A stretch of 64,000 nt of DNA. Origin: Klebsormidium nitens (taxonomy: Eukaryota; Plantae; Klebsormidiophyceae). The stretch covers positions 1-64,000 of the forward strand of contig DF237385.1 in NCBI GenBank assembly GCA_000708835.1. Direction: 5' to 3'. The stretch's first letter is position 1. Every line of letters starts with the position of its first letter. Below the pieces are notes generated by a model that did not search any database, was not told the DNA's origin, and was given only the letters and a program-made list of their open reading frames with translations. Both the position numbers and the translations under genes were made by a program. Below are positions 10,501 to 22,898 of this stretch, piece after piece.

Positions 10501-13500
10501 CTGCACATCTTGGTTGACGAGATTGAAACCCTCGGGCGTGAAGCCAAAGCGTCGCCAGACTCCGTAGAACGCGGCGTGCGTCTGCGCGGCAGCTTCCACG
10601 TCACCCGCCAGGACCTTCGTCATACCAGGGGCTGACGTCAGCGGTTGAATGGGGGATTGGGCAGTAGTAGTTCTCCGTTTGCGAAACGGGAGCTGAAGCG
10701 AGTCGTATTACGGCCGAGCTACTAGATCTGGGGCATGTCGACCAATCAAGATCGCTGAGGGACAAGCTTCGCAGTGAAAGAATCGATCGCTTCAATGCAA
10801 TTCCAGCCTCCAATGATAGCCACTTCCTGGAGGAGGTTCACGCGACAAGGGGGCAACTTCGAGTCGTCGGTGATGAGTTGAAGGGAAAGAATTTGATGAA
10901 ACGGGCAGTAGCGAAGGTCCTGGACGGTACAACTGTCCAATAAGTGCGAGGTTAAGGGACAATAGGAGACACTGAAGTACCAGAGTTGAATGCAGCAGGG
11001 CAGAGGGGCTTAGAAAGGGGAGGCAGAACCTTCCGATGAGAAAGAGAAACGCAGGGGAGCGTGAGCATAGGACGAAGTGGAAGAGCAACGTTGGGCGCTG
11101 GTAGCTGCAAGCTTTTAAGACCGGTGTTAGGAAAGAGGAGGCTCAACCCGAAGACTTCGAATCGAAATACAAGGAAATCAAGGATAATATGCAAGCAAAG
11201 GATGCCATAATATTCCAAGAACGTTGCAGATCAGCCAAAGAACAAGGTAAAGAACTTCTGACATGAAGGCCGGGCCATAGTGCCTGAAGGCTGTTGACGG
11301 GCGGCCAGAAGACGACAGTTCGGAAGAGCGGAAAACTGAAAAGGATGAAGCAATATTGAGATTACTGATTATTGAGATTATTGAGATTACAGAAACAGAA
11401 AGCAACACATACTTCTTTTCAGGCCAACAAGCTTATAGCAATAACAGCCAGAATGTCTCAGGACAATTTGGAGCATCAAACGAATAAAGCGAAATCAACG
11501 GGTCAAGACACCAAGTGACTAAAGAAAGACAAGTCTCTTCCATCTCTCACCTGCAGTCCTGGTCAGAACGCCTGGAGGCCTGGAGGCTGTTGAAGAGCGG
11601 CCAGACGACCAATGGACCAAAAGGGGACTCGCACGAACAACACAAGTTACAGAGGATGAACACAACATACGAGCATAAGAGATAGGCAGTACTCAGATGT
11701 AGTGCTGGCACCTGCAGTCCCTGCCAGAATGCCTGTGGCTGATGAAAGAGCGGCCAGACGATACGGATCGGAAAAAACCGGAAACCCTAAGACATAAAGA
11801 ATGGCGGAATAGAAGATGAGCAAGACTACGCAACGACGAGACTCGGGGAACCGAGCAGAGCATGAAAGTAATTGACGGAATGGCGCTCGCACCTGCAGTC
11901 CCGGCCAGAACGCCTGGAGGTTGTTGAAGAGCGGCCAGACGACAAGGTTCGGGAAGAACGGAACGACTAACAGAAAAAAGCGGTGGAAAACACAGACGAG
12001 CAGGACTAAGATAAGCAACGAAGGCGTTCAAGTAACCGAACAGAGAAAGATAGAATCACACCTGCAGTCCCGGCCAGAATGCTTGGAGGCTGTTGAAAAG
12101 CGGCCAGACGACCATCCCGTCATCCATGTTGACCTCCAGGTACCACGGCGGCTGGTGCAGGTGCCGCTGTGCGGCGGCATATGCCTCGCGGAACATATGC
12201 AGATACTCGTCGCCGCCCAGAAGCAAATGCCCCTTCAACAGGTACTCGTAGAACGAGTCGATGCTGGTCCCAATGCCAGCATCCTGTACGTACCACAAAT
12301 ATTCAAAGAAGGCCTTTAGTTCAGTAGGTTGAAGGGCTACGGAGGAGGGCTTTGCGGGAAGTGCGTGAGTGATCTTCGGCCAGCCAGAGGTGATGCTCTT
12401 TCAGCAGGTACTCGTAGAACGAGCCGATGCTGGTCCCGATGCCCGCGTCCTGCGCAGGATACCGGGCGTTCAAATTTTTGTAGTCCAGGGTTTGACTTCC
12501 ACAAGGTGCAACTATCTGTAGCTACACAGGAGTAGATGCCCCTTCAACAGGTACTCATAGAACGGATTGATGCTTGTGCCGATGCCGGCGTCCTGCATAG
12601 AGGGGACAAAGGCTTGAAGGTTTCCTTCAAGTTAACCGGGTTGTACTGCGGAAACATGTGCAGGTACCCATCGCCGCCCAGCAGTAAATGCCCCTTCGGG
12701 AGTACTCGTAGAACGAGTCGATGCTGGTGCCAATTCCGGCGTCCTGCAAAGCACGGATGCAGGGCTTCAGCTATCCGGAGTCAAAATTATGCATCACGGA
12801 GTGTGTGTGTAGGTTTTCATTGCCGCCCAGCAGTACATGGCCCTTCAACAGGTACTCGTAGAACGAGTCGATGCTAGTCCCGATGCCAGCGTCCTGAACT
12901 CACGATCATGTTAAATCAAAACCTTCGATCCAATAGAATAAGGATTACGGAGGAGGGCTTTGCGGGAAGTGCGTGGGTAGTCCTCGCCCATTCGACCATA
13001 AATGATTATTCAGCAGGTACTCGTAGAACGAGTTGATGCTGGTCCCGTTGCCAGCATCCTGCGTAGAGGAGTTACACACCGCTTTTGGCCGTTTGAAAGC
13101 CACCGTTACGCCTTTCCAAATGTTGACAGGTTTCGTAGCCACCCAGCAGTGAATGCCCATCAAAAAGCCTTGTTGATCAGGTGCTCAAAAGCTCTCGCGG
13201 CCCCCAAGCAGGGGTGCGTTCGTGCAGAATCAATGCTGGGACCGATCGTCCACACGGAAGGTTGGACTGATGCACATATGACTTCATGGGCAATACCAAG
13301 CGCATCTTCGAGAAGACCCGCACGAAAAGCCTCTGTTCTTGTAACCTGTATCAGTTGAGCATTGAGCAAAGCCCGACAGACAGATCGAAAGGAAATTTGA
13401 ACTCAAGTCTGACTGGTTTAAGATTTCCTCCTAGTCTACCCGTCCCCTTCTTCTCGTCCAACATAAGTGCGCTTACCCTGTGCGTCCATTCGCCGGAGTA

Positions 13501-15759
13501 GACGTCAATATGCGCTCCAACGAGACCGAGGTGGGACCGGCGCGACCACAGGCCGCGCAGCGAATTGAGCGCCATGTCTTCAAACACTGCACAAAGTGTG
13601 CGTAACGGGTTTGACAGAAGAGTGAGAAACGCTTTTACCAAAGGAGAACGTTCTAACCAACGTGACGCTCTTTGGATGAACAGTAAGACACGCTTCTTCC
13701 AAACGAGAGGAACTCTCAGAGCGAACGCTCGACCTTAGGGATACTTGCGTTCGGCGGAATAACATGCTGTGAAAATACGTCGCATTTTCAACTTCTTTCT
13801 CTGAGTGGGTGCAAGGCAACAGAAAAGCACGGGGTAGAAATGAAGGATGGATAAGAGAAGGCGGCCACCACTCCAAAACATCGTTTCGGCTGAAAAGAAA
13901 GCCGTTTTGATATCAGAAACGCGTTGTCACAACCGTTGAGAGGGCGCAGGAAGGCGCCTGCCCTTGTCTACTGAGAAGCGCATTTTACCACGGTGTTTGT
14001 CAAAGTAACATCTGTGCGTGCCAAACAGATTTCACGATCTTTACGTACTCAGTCCTGCAGCCTCACAACCATCGCAACAGCTGAATGGGCGACTCATCGA
14101 ACGCCCAATTCAGGAGAAGATGGAGACGAGCACAAGGGCATGCTGACCTGGATCTTTGGTCAGCCGGCTGAGCATGCCGAACTCCAACGCCAACGTACCC
14201 CCGCCTGCTGTAGACGTCACCGTGGTCTCCTCAGGAAGGACGCCGGTCTGCAAATTGACCGAGCCGAAGGGGATGCCTGCAAATAGCGGCAAGCGTGATG
14301 CATGAGAAGTCTTTTTGTGAATGGTTCTGTCCATATCACCTGCTCAGTAGGCCTGGCTTCTAGTCGTGAAACCCCTGATCAGCCTGTGATACTTCCAAAG
14401 GATCAGTGGGACTCGCACAAAAGCGGTCCGCTGCAGTTCAGTGTGCTGCAGCATGAAGAAGGTGAGTCGTTCAAGGAACTGTGACACTTTGTGAACAGCG
14501 CAAACACAAGACAATGAAAGAAGGGTCCTGTAAGCCTGCTTGACGAACCTGTTGCAGTGTAGAACGCCGGGAGCAGGCGCCGCCCCAGGTCTTCCGCCAG
14601 CTCTAGCAGCTTCCCAGTGTATTGCTCCACCGCCATGCCTGTGCTGGGGTCCGACGCCAAGAGGTGTGCGGACAAGAGACCACCCAACACTCGGATGTTG
14701 GTCTCAAACACGGACACTGTCTGATTCTGCAGGGGGAGCAGAGTCCTTTTCTTCAGTTATACCAACATGTTGACGACTTGAAGCTGGCTGTTGGAAGGCG
14801 ATTTCTCTCAGTTGATTAGATCTGTGACTCAGGTTCTCAGCACATAGCTTTTGGAGTTCATGTGTCCTCTGATCGAGACTCTGAAAAGATTGTCCCACGC
14901 TCAGCCACGGTGCTTCGAGAAAAGCGAGCAATGGTCCTCCTATTCTGTCAGGACATCTTCGGGTGTTGAACAGATCTGGCATGCTCCGAAAGCCGGTGGG
15001 CAGGGGGAGATCACAGAGAGCAAACACAGGGGCTTCGATTGAGTGCTTTAATCATTCGTCATGGCACCTCTGGTTAAGAATAATCCTTGAGGAAGCCATA
15101 CGAAGAGCACCGCAACTTCACTTGGTGGTGTGGTCAGGAGGAGAACACAGACAAAAAGTACACGGGCTTTCATCGAGTGCTTCAATCAGCATTTCATTAT
15201 GGCATATCTGGTTTTAAATGATCCTTGAGGAAGCCATATGAAGAGCACTGCAACTTAATTGGTGGCTGATCGATTTTGTATAAGCAGTATCAGCTCAGTT
15301 CCTTGTCTAGGCTGGGCTGATGGTCAACTGAACACCCCAAGGTTCAATGAATACATGCTAATTAATGACACATACTAAGCACTGATGTCCGAAAGGCAAC
15401 AGATCAATGGGATAGTGCAGCTATTTCACCTTGTCAAAGTTAACATTACACGAAACCCATCGTACGGCCCTGGCAAACTCCTTTATGTCTCCCAGAAGTG
15501 CGAGGGTGTCCATAGCATCTATTAGCGTAAGCGAGTAGCCCCCCAAGGAATCTTCCCCACTGCAGCTTAGCGGCCGCAGCTCATCAAGCGGGAATGCGTG
15601 CTCCATGTAGTTGTTGTATGCACGGTAGAACATGGACTTCACTTCGTCTCGGAGCTCGAGCGCCTCGTCCCGCGAAACTCCCTCAGTTTGACAATTGACA
15701 GTGAGGATGCCGCTAAGCAGACAGATCAAGAACAAGACTGCCCTGATTGCAGGCGCCAT
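7521..15759 (-). CDS. MNS4: EDEM-type GH47 alpha-1,2-mannosidase-like protein (ERAD), MNS4-like
   Basis: Exons: 15759-15430 (signal peptide, [30 protein letters not shown]), 14726-14549 ([18 protein letters not shown]), 14276-14148 ([14 protein letters not shown]), ~13590-13477, 12283-12062 ([17 protein letters not shown]...QAFWPGLQ), 10614-10501 (FTPEGFNL), 9983-9768 ([12 protein letters not shown]...MESFFLSET), 9246-9176 (VKYLWLLFD), 8783-7805 ([11 protein letters not shown] plus a long S/E/A-rich tail). A tentative last exon is 7625-7521. All junctions are GT-AG and motif order matches plant MNS4. Confidence 0.95.
11263..13058 (-). repeat. Array of nine partial copies of one MNS4-like exon flanking the intact exon
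   Basis: 5'-part copies starting ag|GA(T/C)GC(T/C/G)GG begin at 13058, 12893, 12743, 12592 and 12449. The intact exon is 12283-12062. 3'-part copies (TCTGGCCGC..CAGG...CTGCAG|gt) end at 11893, 11712 and 11551, with a more degenerate one ending CTTCAT|gt at 11263. Confidence 0.95.
15022..15270. repeat. Intronic tandem duplication (~134 bp offset) in intron 1 of the MNS4-like gene
   Basis: gagtgctt(t/c)aatca...atggca..tctgg...aa.(a/g)atccttgaggaagccata(c/t)gaagagcac(c/t)gcaactt..ttggtgg occurs twice. Confidence 0.85.
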
Positions 15760-17475
15760 ATTCACACATGTGCTCTCGTGCAGCAAGATCAGAATCCTGA
15801 TTGGAGGACAGAAAGTACTGCCCTGACCACTTGTGCACTGATTCAATGCAGTATCAGGGCAGCTGACCAATGCAATCCGCTTGCTCAATTTTCATTAGCA
15901 CCACCACTTCTAGCATCAACGGGTATAAATCATCGAAGCGTTTGACAGAGTCTTCTGTTTCATCTTGCAGTAGTTGCAAAGCTTGTGCCAGGGCTTATGT
16001 ACATTGGCAGCTACTTGAAACTTTTCCGCTGGCGCTGGCCGCCATTTTCTCAGCCTTCTGCTGCCAGTGCCAGCGCGGCCGCCTCGCTCTTCGCCGTCTT
16101 GGCATACATGCGCACCACTGCAAGCTGGCCACCGCCTTTTCTTATCATACTAGTTGAAGTCAAGTTTGTCGGACACCTTGCATGTCTAGATTTGGTCAAA
16201 ACGGCGAACTTTTTCCAACCGTCGATGACCACCACTTACGACCATCCAACGGTTTTGAAGGAGGCATAGATTTCCGGAGCAAGGTCGTTGAGCGTATCGG
16301 ACGGTTCAGAGGGACTCTGAACACCCATGTGAAAGCGTGACGGCTAAGAATGAGGGAGGGACCTCCTTGTTTTTCTGACAGTGACAGCCTGTCCCGGCGC
16401 CATGGTGTCCCTGAGTTCAGGAGGTGAATGAAGCACAGAGAAGGGGCCTGGGGAGCGCGCCAACGCCAAAGCGTAGTGGCTGGCGGGTCAGGAAGGGTCC
16501 GCTCAAGGGCTGTGAAAGCGGGCATTTAATATTGAACAAGCTGTGTGTGTTTTCAAAGGTGGACCTTGCCGCGGCAGGAGGAAGCACCTGAAAGCGAGGG
16601 GAAGGGCGTAAAATACAGCTAGTCTTGAGCTGCATTGTTGCAGGAGGGAGCAGATCTTGGGTGGCAGAAGTCTTTTGTTGGAGTCACTAACTGAACACAC
16701 ACTGCTTCAGGTCAGAGAGGTGAGTAAGGGGAGCTCTTTGTAAGAATGCTGGGGAGGCAAGAGCAGCTTTCGGAAGCTGATGTTTGTGAACTTATCCTGG
16801 CTCTCTGCTTGTGCTTCTCAGAAGAGTAGTACTCAATTGTAGAAGTGTTCGAATTTAGAGTGAGGGTAAAATGGGAAAGGTACGCTCCCAAGCATTTGTT
16901 TCTAGCATAAGTCCATCCACTTCGCAAAGGTGGTCCCTCAGAGCAGCAGACGCACATAGCAGGAAGGCTAGTTGGAAAATGGTGTTCAACTTGGTCACTT
17001 TGCAGCTTTCACGCCTCTGCTCATTTTGCTGAGTAGCAAGCTTCACTGCAGGAACCTCCATGCAGGGATTCCCCTCTTGCATTGCTCAATACAACGTTGA
17101 ATGCAGCTCAAGCAAGACTAGTGTTTGTTCAGAAGAGGTCATCGATGTTTGCAGTCTCTTGCATTCCGGCTCTGCTACCGTAGTTGGTTCATGCCCACAA
17201 CATGGGGCTGTAACCAAGGCTGTGCCTCACATGCACAGGCGCCTCTTTGGCAAGGGCCACAAATTGCAGAGACAAGCCTAGTAAAAATCCCCCCAAGAGC
17301 TTTAAGAGGAGAAAAGCCTTTCACCTTAAGAAGAGATCTGTAGTTTCATTTGTCGCGGAGACTCTCTATCAATCAGAATGCTCGTAATGTTGCAAACCTT
17401 CCAATGTGTGCTACATCATGGTTATTGAACTACCTTGTTTTACCCTCCTTGCAGGTGTGTTTGGACCAGAGTTAC

Positions 17476-20400
17476 ATGGCTCCCAGCCGAGCCGGCAGAG
17501 CTCGGCAGCATTTCCTCCTCCTCCTAGTTGCTGCTTTGGCACTGTCCTCACTCGCAGAGAGCAAGGACTACTACAGCGACCCTGCCGGAAAGCTGCACGG
17601 CAAGTTACCAACCACTGTTGTACAAGAGGCTGTCGGAGCTAGGGTCAAGCACAGTAACCCTAAAAGACAGAATGGGGTTGAGAGAGAGACGCAGCCACTG
17701 GAGATGTATAACATGCTCTCAGAGGGAGGCGACGAAGTTCACGAGTTGACGGCTGGCAAACTTGGCGGGAAGTCTGAGAGGAGCGTAGAAAGGGACGTGT
17801 GGAGCGATCCTGAGGGGTCGTTGAAGGGCCGCTTCTCCGATGAGGTTATCCAAGAGGCGGTGCGCGGAGAGCGGAGTCAGGGGGGAAGCTCTCATAAGAA
17901 GGGGAGCCACTATGGGGACGGCCAGCGGCCGAAAAGTGGTAGAAATGAAGGGGAGAGTGCAAAGCCGCTCCAAGTGGTTGACCTGCTGTCAGGTGAAGTG
18001 TCTGACTTGCCGGCAGGCAAAGCGCAGAAGATTGTGAAAGGAGAGGCGTCCGAAAAGGGGAGTGCAGCAATCCCGATTGTGGGAACTAGAGAGAGGGCCC
18101 GGGCGGCTACGCAGGGAACGGATGTCGGTAAGCTGCACAGCAATCATACCCGGGAGGGGCGAGGCGGCAAGAACAGCACGAGGACGCGGGAGCAGTCCCT
18201 GAAATGGGGGCGCAAGGGCCGGCCAACAATTGCCAGCCTGCTCAAAAAAGACCTCTCGGACGAGTTTGAGAGGGTTGCTGCCAAGCTCATTTCTGCGTCC
18301 CGGAAGAAAGCGCACAAGCTCCCCTTTGCGGCGCAAACCCAGGCCCACTCTCACGGACTGTCGGAGGCGACACAGCACGGGCGGTCCCTCGCCGAGAGGA
18401 GGGAGCTGGCTGAGGCCGACAACCAGAAACTTAACCTCATTGGTATAGTTACACAAACCGCGGCGGTTAGGGCCGTGATTAACGCCACTGAGGGGGTCCC
18501 GGTGTCCATCCCCGCAGCAGGAAATGGGGTTGGCCTGGTTGCGGTGAAGGTTAGCACAACCTCGCTGCAAACCACGGGGCTCAGTCTCCAAGGTGTCACC
18601 ATTCCCCCGGGGGTGCAAGTTCCAGGAAACACATCGACAGTAATCCTGGTTTTCAGCGAGTTTACGGAAAACCCGTACGGTTTCACTAACCAGACGGTGG
18701 TCGCGCCAGTGGTCGGGGTGACGGCGTACGATGCAGCGGACCCGAACGCTGGGGCGGCAAACAGCACGTTGACTCTGCAAGCGACCCCGGTTGCGCCTTT
18801 CCAGGTAGGTACAATAAACATGTCTTTGTTTTTGCTTTGATGATAGTCATGTCAAGTCTTCCTGCGGGTTCCAAAGGTGTTGCCCGTGCGTTCATCGATC
18901 AGCAATAACATGGGCCTCAGATGTGCAGCTGGTGATCTTGCAAGAGAGTAACTCAAAAAGAGAGTCATGTGATAGTAGCTTATACAGTACGTTTCTTTGA
19001 TGAGACTTTGAAGACCAGCTGATTGAGCGGCAGCAGCACCCCACCGTAGAGTGCACCATTTGCGCTCTGAAGGTCCTCGTCTTTCGCTAACGGCCACATC
19101 CTGTCATTTTGCCGCTGTTGGAATACTGCTTCCCAATTCCTTCTTTCATACAGTCTTCAAGTATTTTACATTCAACCTCTAGTTACTGTTCAAAGGAACC
19201 AGCCTTTCCCGCTCCAGCTACATACAGTCTCACACCTTTTTTCCTCCACCTCTAGTTCGTGTTTAACACGACCCAAGGAGCCGGCCTTTCCTGCTCGAGC
19301 TACAACGCGACTGCCGGCCAGCTTTTGAACACAACCACAACGACGAGGGTCGCTACTGGGGGAAGGGCCGTTACCTGCACGGCAACTAGTCTGGGGACAT
19401 ACACGGTCGTCAGCACACTGGCGGTTGCGCCCGTTCCAGCCCCCGCCCCCGCACCGGGCCCTGCGCCGGTGCCTGCTCCTGGTGAGTTGCTGGGTATCTT
19501 GTCTCTTTTCCGAACATTAGGGTGCGCATCGACGGAAAAGCTGCAAAAAGCTTTTCAGATTTGTTGGCCAATCGGATGGCTTTTCAGATCCACGTGGTAG
19601 TCCAAGGTACATACCCAAGGAGTAGTATGGCTTGGAAAGTATCGTACCTCCTTCCTGTCGGTACTACATAGGCAACACTGGAGGCCAAGTAGGATTCGGT
19701 CGACGGGCAACCTTAGCATCATACAGTGAGGACGCTGCGTCACATCTTCGTTGAGTATGCTCTGCCTTCAGAAGGTTTGGGACCTACCTGGGCGGAGTTG
19801 ACTTGATTCGGGTGCAAGAGGATGAACATTGATGTACGTCTGAGGATTGAAGAGCTGCAAAAAAGAGCCGCAAATCCGAGGTGGACAGTTTCTTGCCTTC
19901 TTGGCGAACCGTGTGCAAACGTAACGAGCGCACTTCCTCTTCTTTTCCAACAGAATCTGCTAAAAGTAATACAGCCTTTCTTTGTCACCGTTGTTTGACA
20001 AGCTTCGCACGAAGCTCCACCTGTTTCCTTTTCCTTAGTTTGACTTACTACGACCGGAAGTGGGACCTTTCTCTCCTTCTTAGTTACCGCTGCAACAAGG
20101 TTCACGATGACAACGCTTCCATCTCGCTGGTTTTGCAAGCTGCTCCATACCAGGGGAATTCCCCTTTTCCTGCCTTGAATCGAAATTTTCAATTGCTTCA
20201 CAACGTCCTTCGCTGTGTGCTTTGTTTGACAACAGTCGGCAGCCTTCCCTGCCTTTCTAAAATTGGCCTGCCAAGTCGTAACTAGAACGACGGCTCTTTC
20301 TTCCGCAGGGCCTGCCCCCGCGCCCGCCGTTGTGGCCGCACCCCCTGCGAATGTGACAACCCCACCTGCGACTGTCAACACCAACAACGGCTCCAACACA

Positions 20401-21460
20401 AACGGCACCATCGCAAGCCCCCGAGACAGTGGCGGGAGCACAATCAGCGGAGGGGCGATTGCAGGTGCGAAGCCCTTATTAGCTGAAGAAATCAAAGTTG
20501 GATCTCAAAGGCGTTTGATTTGCTCTTCCCGTTTCTGGATGCTGTATGCGGGGAAGGAACTTGTGATGACTGAAGAAACGCAGTGTCACACTGGCTCTCT
20601 TTCGAATCAACCCGCCGAAGTGTAAGATCGTATTAGTCTGCCTTGAGCCAGATCTGGCTGAAAAAGAGAACGGTGTTGTTGGGTGGAGTCAAATGTTCAC
20701 CTGTGTGCCTCAGTATCTACGAATGGTAAGGTGATGTGCCCGACTTTCAAGCCGATCAGATCAGTGTGCGCTGTGACGTCCAATAAGAGCTGAAAAGTCA
20801 GTGCTCATGGTTGATCTGCTGCCATGATTCTGACAATCTGACTAATTGAAGAGCAAGGTCTTTGGAGGAACAGGGAAGACGAAGCCTATGGGGTCGTGCT
20901 GTTTCGAATTACCGCCTTGTCTCGCTTTGCTCCGTGCTGGTCGCAAATACAACGACACGTTCATCCGACTTTCAGTGGGGCTGGGCAAGAGTCGCGTCAG
21001 ATGTTGAGTTGTTTTCATCTTCTTGGTGCAAACCCCATCTTTGGTTTGCGAAGTTGCGTCCGACGGAGATGCTCATTCTGAACCACAGTTCGTGCTTTGA
21101 GCGCTCAGGCTATCACAGGTTGGTCAGTCGACATCGCAAAATAGCCGTCCGTGAGGATCACACGTCCAACTTGAACCAGAAGTTCCAAACTCAACAATAG
21201 TCTGCTGATGTTTGACATGCAATCGTACTTTCGTTACAGGCATCGTGATCGGAAGTGTTGCCGGCCTTGCTATCCTCGCCCTCCTAGCCCTCCTCCTGGC
21301 AAGAAGGTCCGAGCAGTCGAAGATTGCCCGCATGACGCAACGATCTAGGAACTCAGAGCCTTTGACGACCGCCTTGATTGGCGGCCAGCAAGGATTCAGA
21401 GCTCCTGTAGCGTCGCATGTCAGAACGAGGCCAGGACTTGAATCCGAAATTTATCCATAG
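17476..21460 (+). CDS. Type I membrane protein: signal peptide, duplicated charged pro-region, GAIN/GPS-like module, Pro-Ala stalk, TM helix, short tail (exons 17476-18804, 19256-19481, 20309-20464, 21240-21460)
   Basis: Four phase-compatible GT-AG exons. Signal MAPSRAGRARQHFLLLLVAALALSSLAES; GPS-like CSSYNATAGQLLNT...VTCTATSLGTYTV; APVPAPAPAPGPAPVPAPG; TM GAIAGIVIGSVAGLAILALLALLLA followed by RRS. Confidence 0.8.
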
Positions 21461-22898
21461 AAATGTCGTGTGTTCGCGTCGAGTAGGTTGAGTGATAGTT
21501 GCCTAGCTTGCTTGCTTATTTAGAAAGTCCTTGAGACTGAGCTAGGTATAGTGTAGTAAGCCAATGCTAATTTATTGTCCAATTGACGCCCTTGCTACAT
21601 TTGGACCTGTTCGTTCGTTTGCAACAAACTTGACTGAAAGCGGTGAAGCATGGCACTCCAGACTGTCCAGCATTTTGAGAGAATTCAGTATGCTTAGCTA
21701 GCTAGTGGCATGATCGGCTGAGAATCTTGAAAGTTGCACCCAGTCATCCCGGCCTCAGTGTGCTGCAAACGGGCCACATGGCCGGTGCGGTACGTTCAAT
21801 CAAGCCCACGAGAGCAATTAATGATTCGATCCAAGTTTCATTCAATGTATTATGCTGTTAGTCCGGCCCGCTCCTCAAGTTCGGCGCGGTAGCTATGAAT
21901 AAATCGGTCGTCTAAAAACTTGCATTGGTTATATTACACGATCGCTCACCTTCTACATGACATGTGCCCCAAAAGCTCGATCCTCACGTGACTTGCATCA
22001 ATTTGATCGCCGTATAGCATGATGCAAGCGCTACAATGTGCAGTACAGTGATGACGGTCGACGATCAAATTATGCGCGTATACACATGCCTGGCTTGTGT
22101 CTAAATATATTGCAAGTGCATGCTAGCATACCGCCATCGTGCCATGCTCACATGGCATATCCCGGGCATCCCCAATCGCATGCACACTAGCTGACTGAGC
22201 TGCAGCTCGAACATGTCATTGGTGCACATCTATCATGCATGACCGGGTCAATGGTAGCATGCTGCAGCGTACGTGCACATGAGCCCGAGCTTGCCACGAT
22301 GGAGGCGCGCGGCCGCTCTAAAATTTTTGGCCAGCTAAAACTCGAACCGTTGGCTGGTATGCGAATGGGCCACATAATGCTCGGTGTCTCATGTGGATAC
22401 ACTGCTGTACCACGTGCATGTCGCCCCAGATACCAGTGTGTCGTCTGACATGTTCGTCGGATGCGACTGAAGCAGCGAAGTTATACAAATCTGTAAAGCC
22501 GTGGCATGCATGTGCAGATCATGATGGCCAGGGCATGCAATGCAAACCGCGCACGTCTTCCCGTGCAATCTTACTCATCCGATTCGACTTAACATTTTAC
22601 GTGGCCGCCCACTTTGAAGCCTTCACCTTTGTCTCCGATACTGCCAAAAGCAGAGTATTTATCCTAGAGCCTGTACATATACGATGCTGCTTGACCTGTA
22701 CAAATTGCTACTCCAATCCGACGACCTCAGATCAGACCTACAAAGTGCTACTATGGATTCGTAGCCTCAAACTTCCATGTAAGTTTCCCAACTTGCGCTA
22801 CCTGTATTCAACCCCGGAACATCCCTTCACGTTCACGGTAGCCCTTCTAACGTCCCAACCAACGATTGAGAAGTCGTCGCGCGATGCACTATGTTCGT

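Noticed and set aside
11263-13058. CRISPR-like or mutually exclusive exon array interpretation
   Set aside because: The repeats are fragments of a eukaryotic exon with variable length and sequence, with no cas genes. No copy except 12283-12062 is a complete in-frame exon, so Dscam-style mutually exclusive splicing is not supported.
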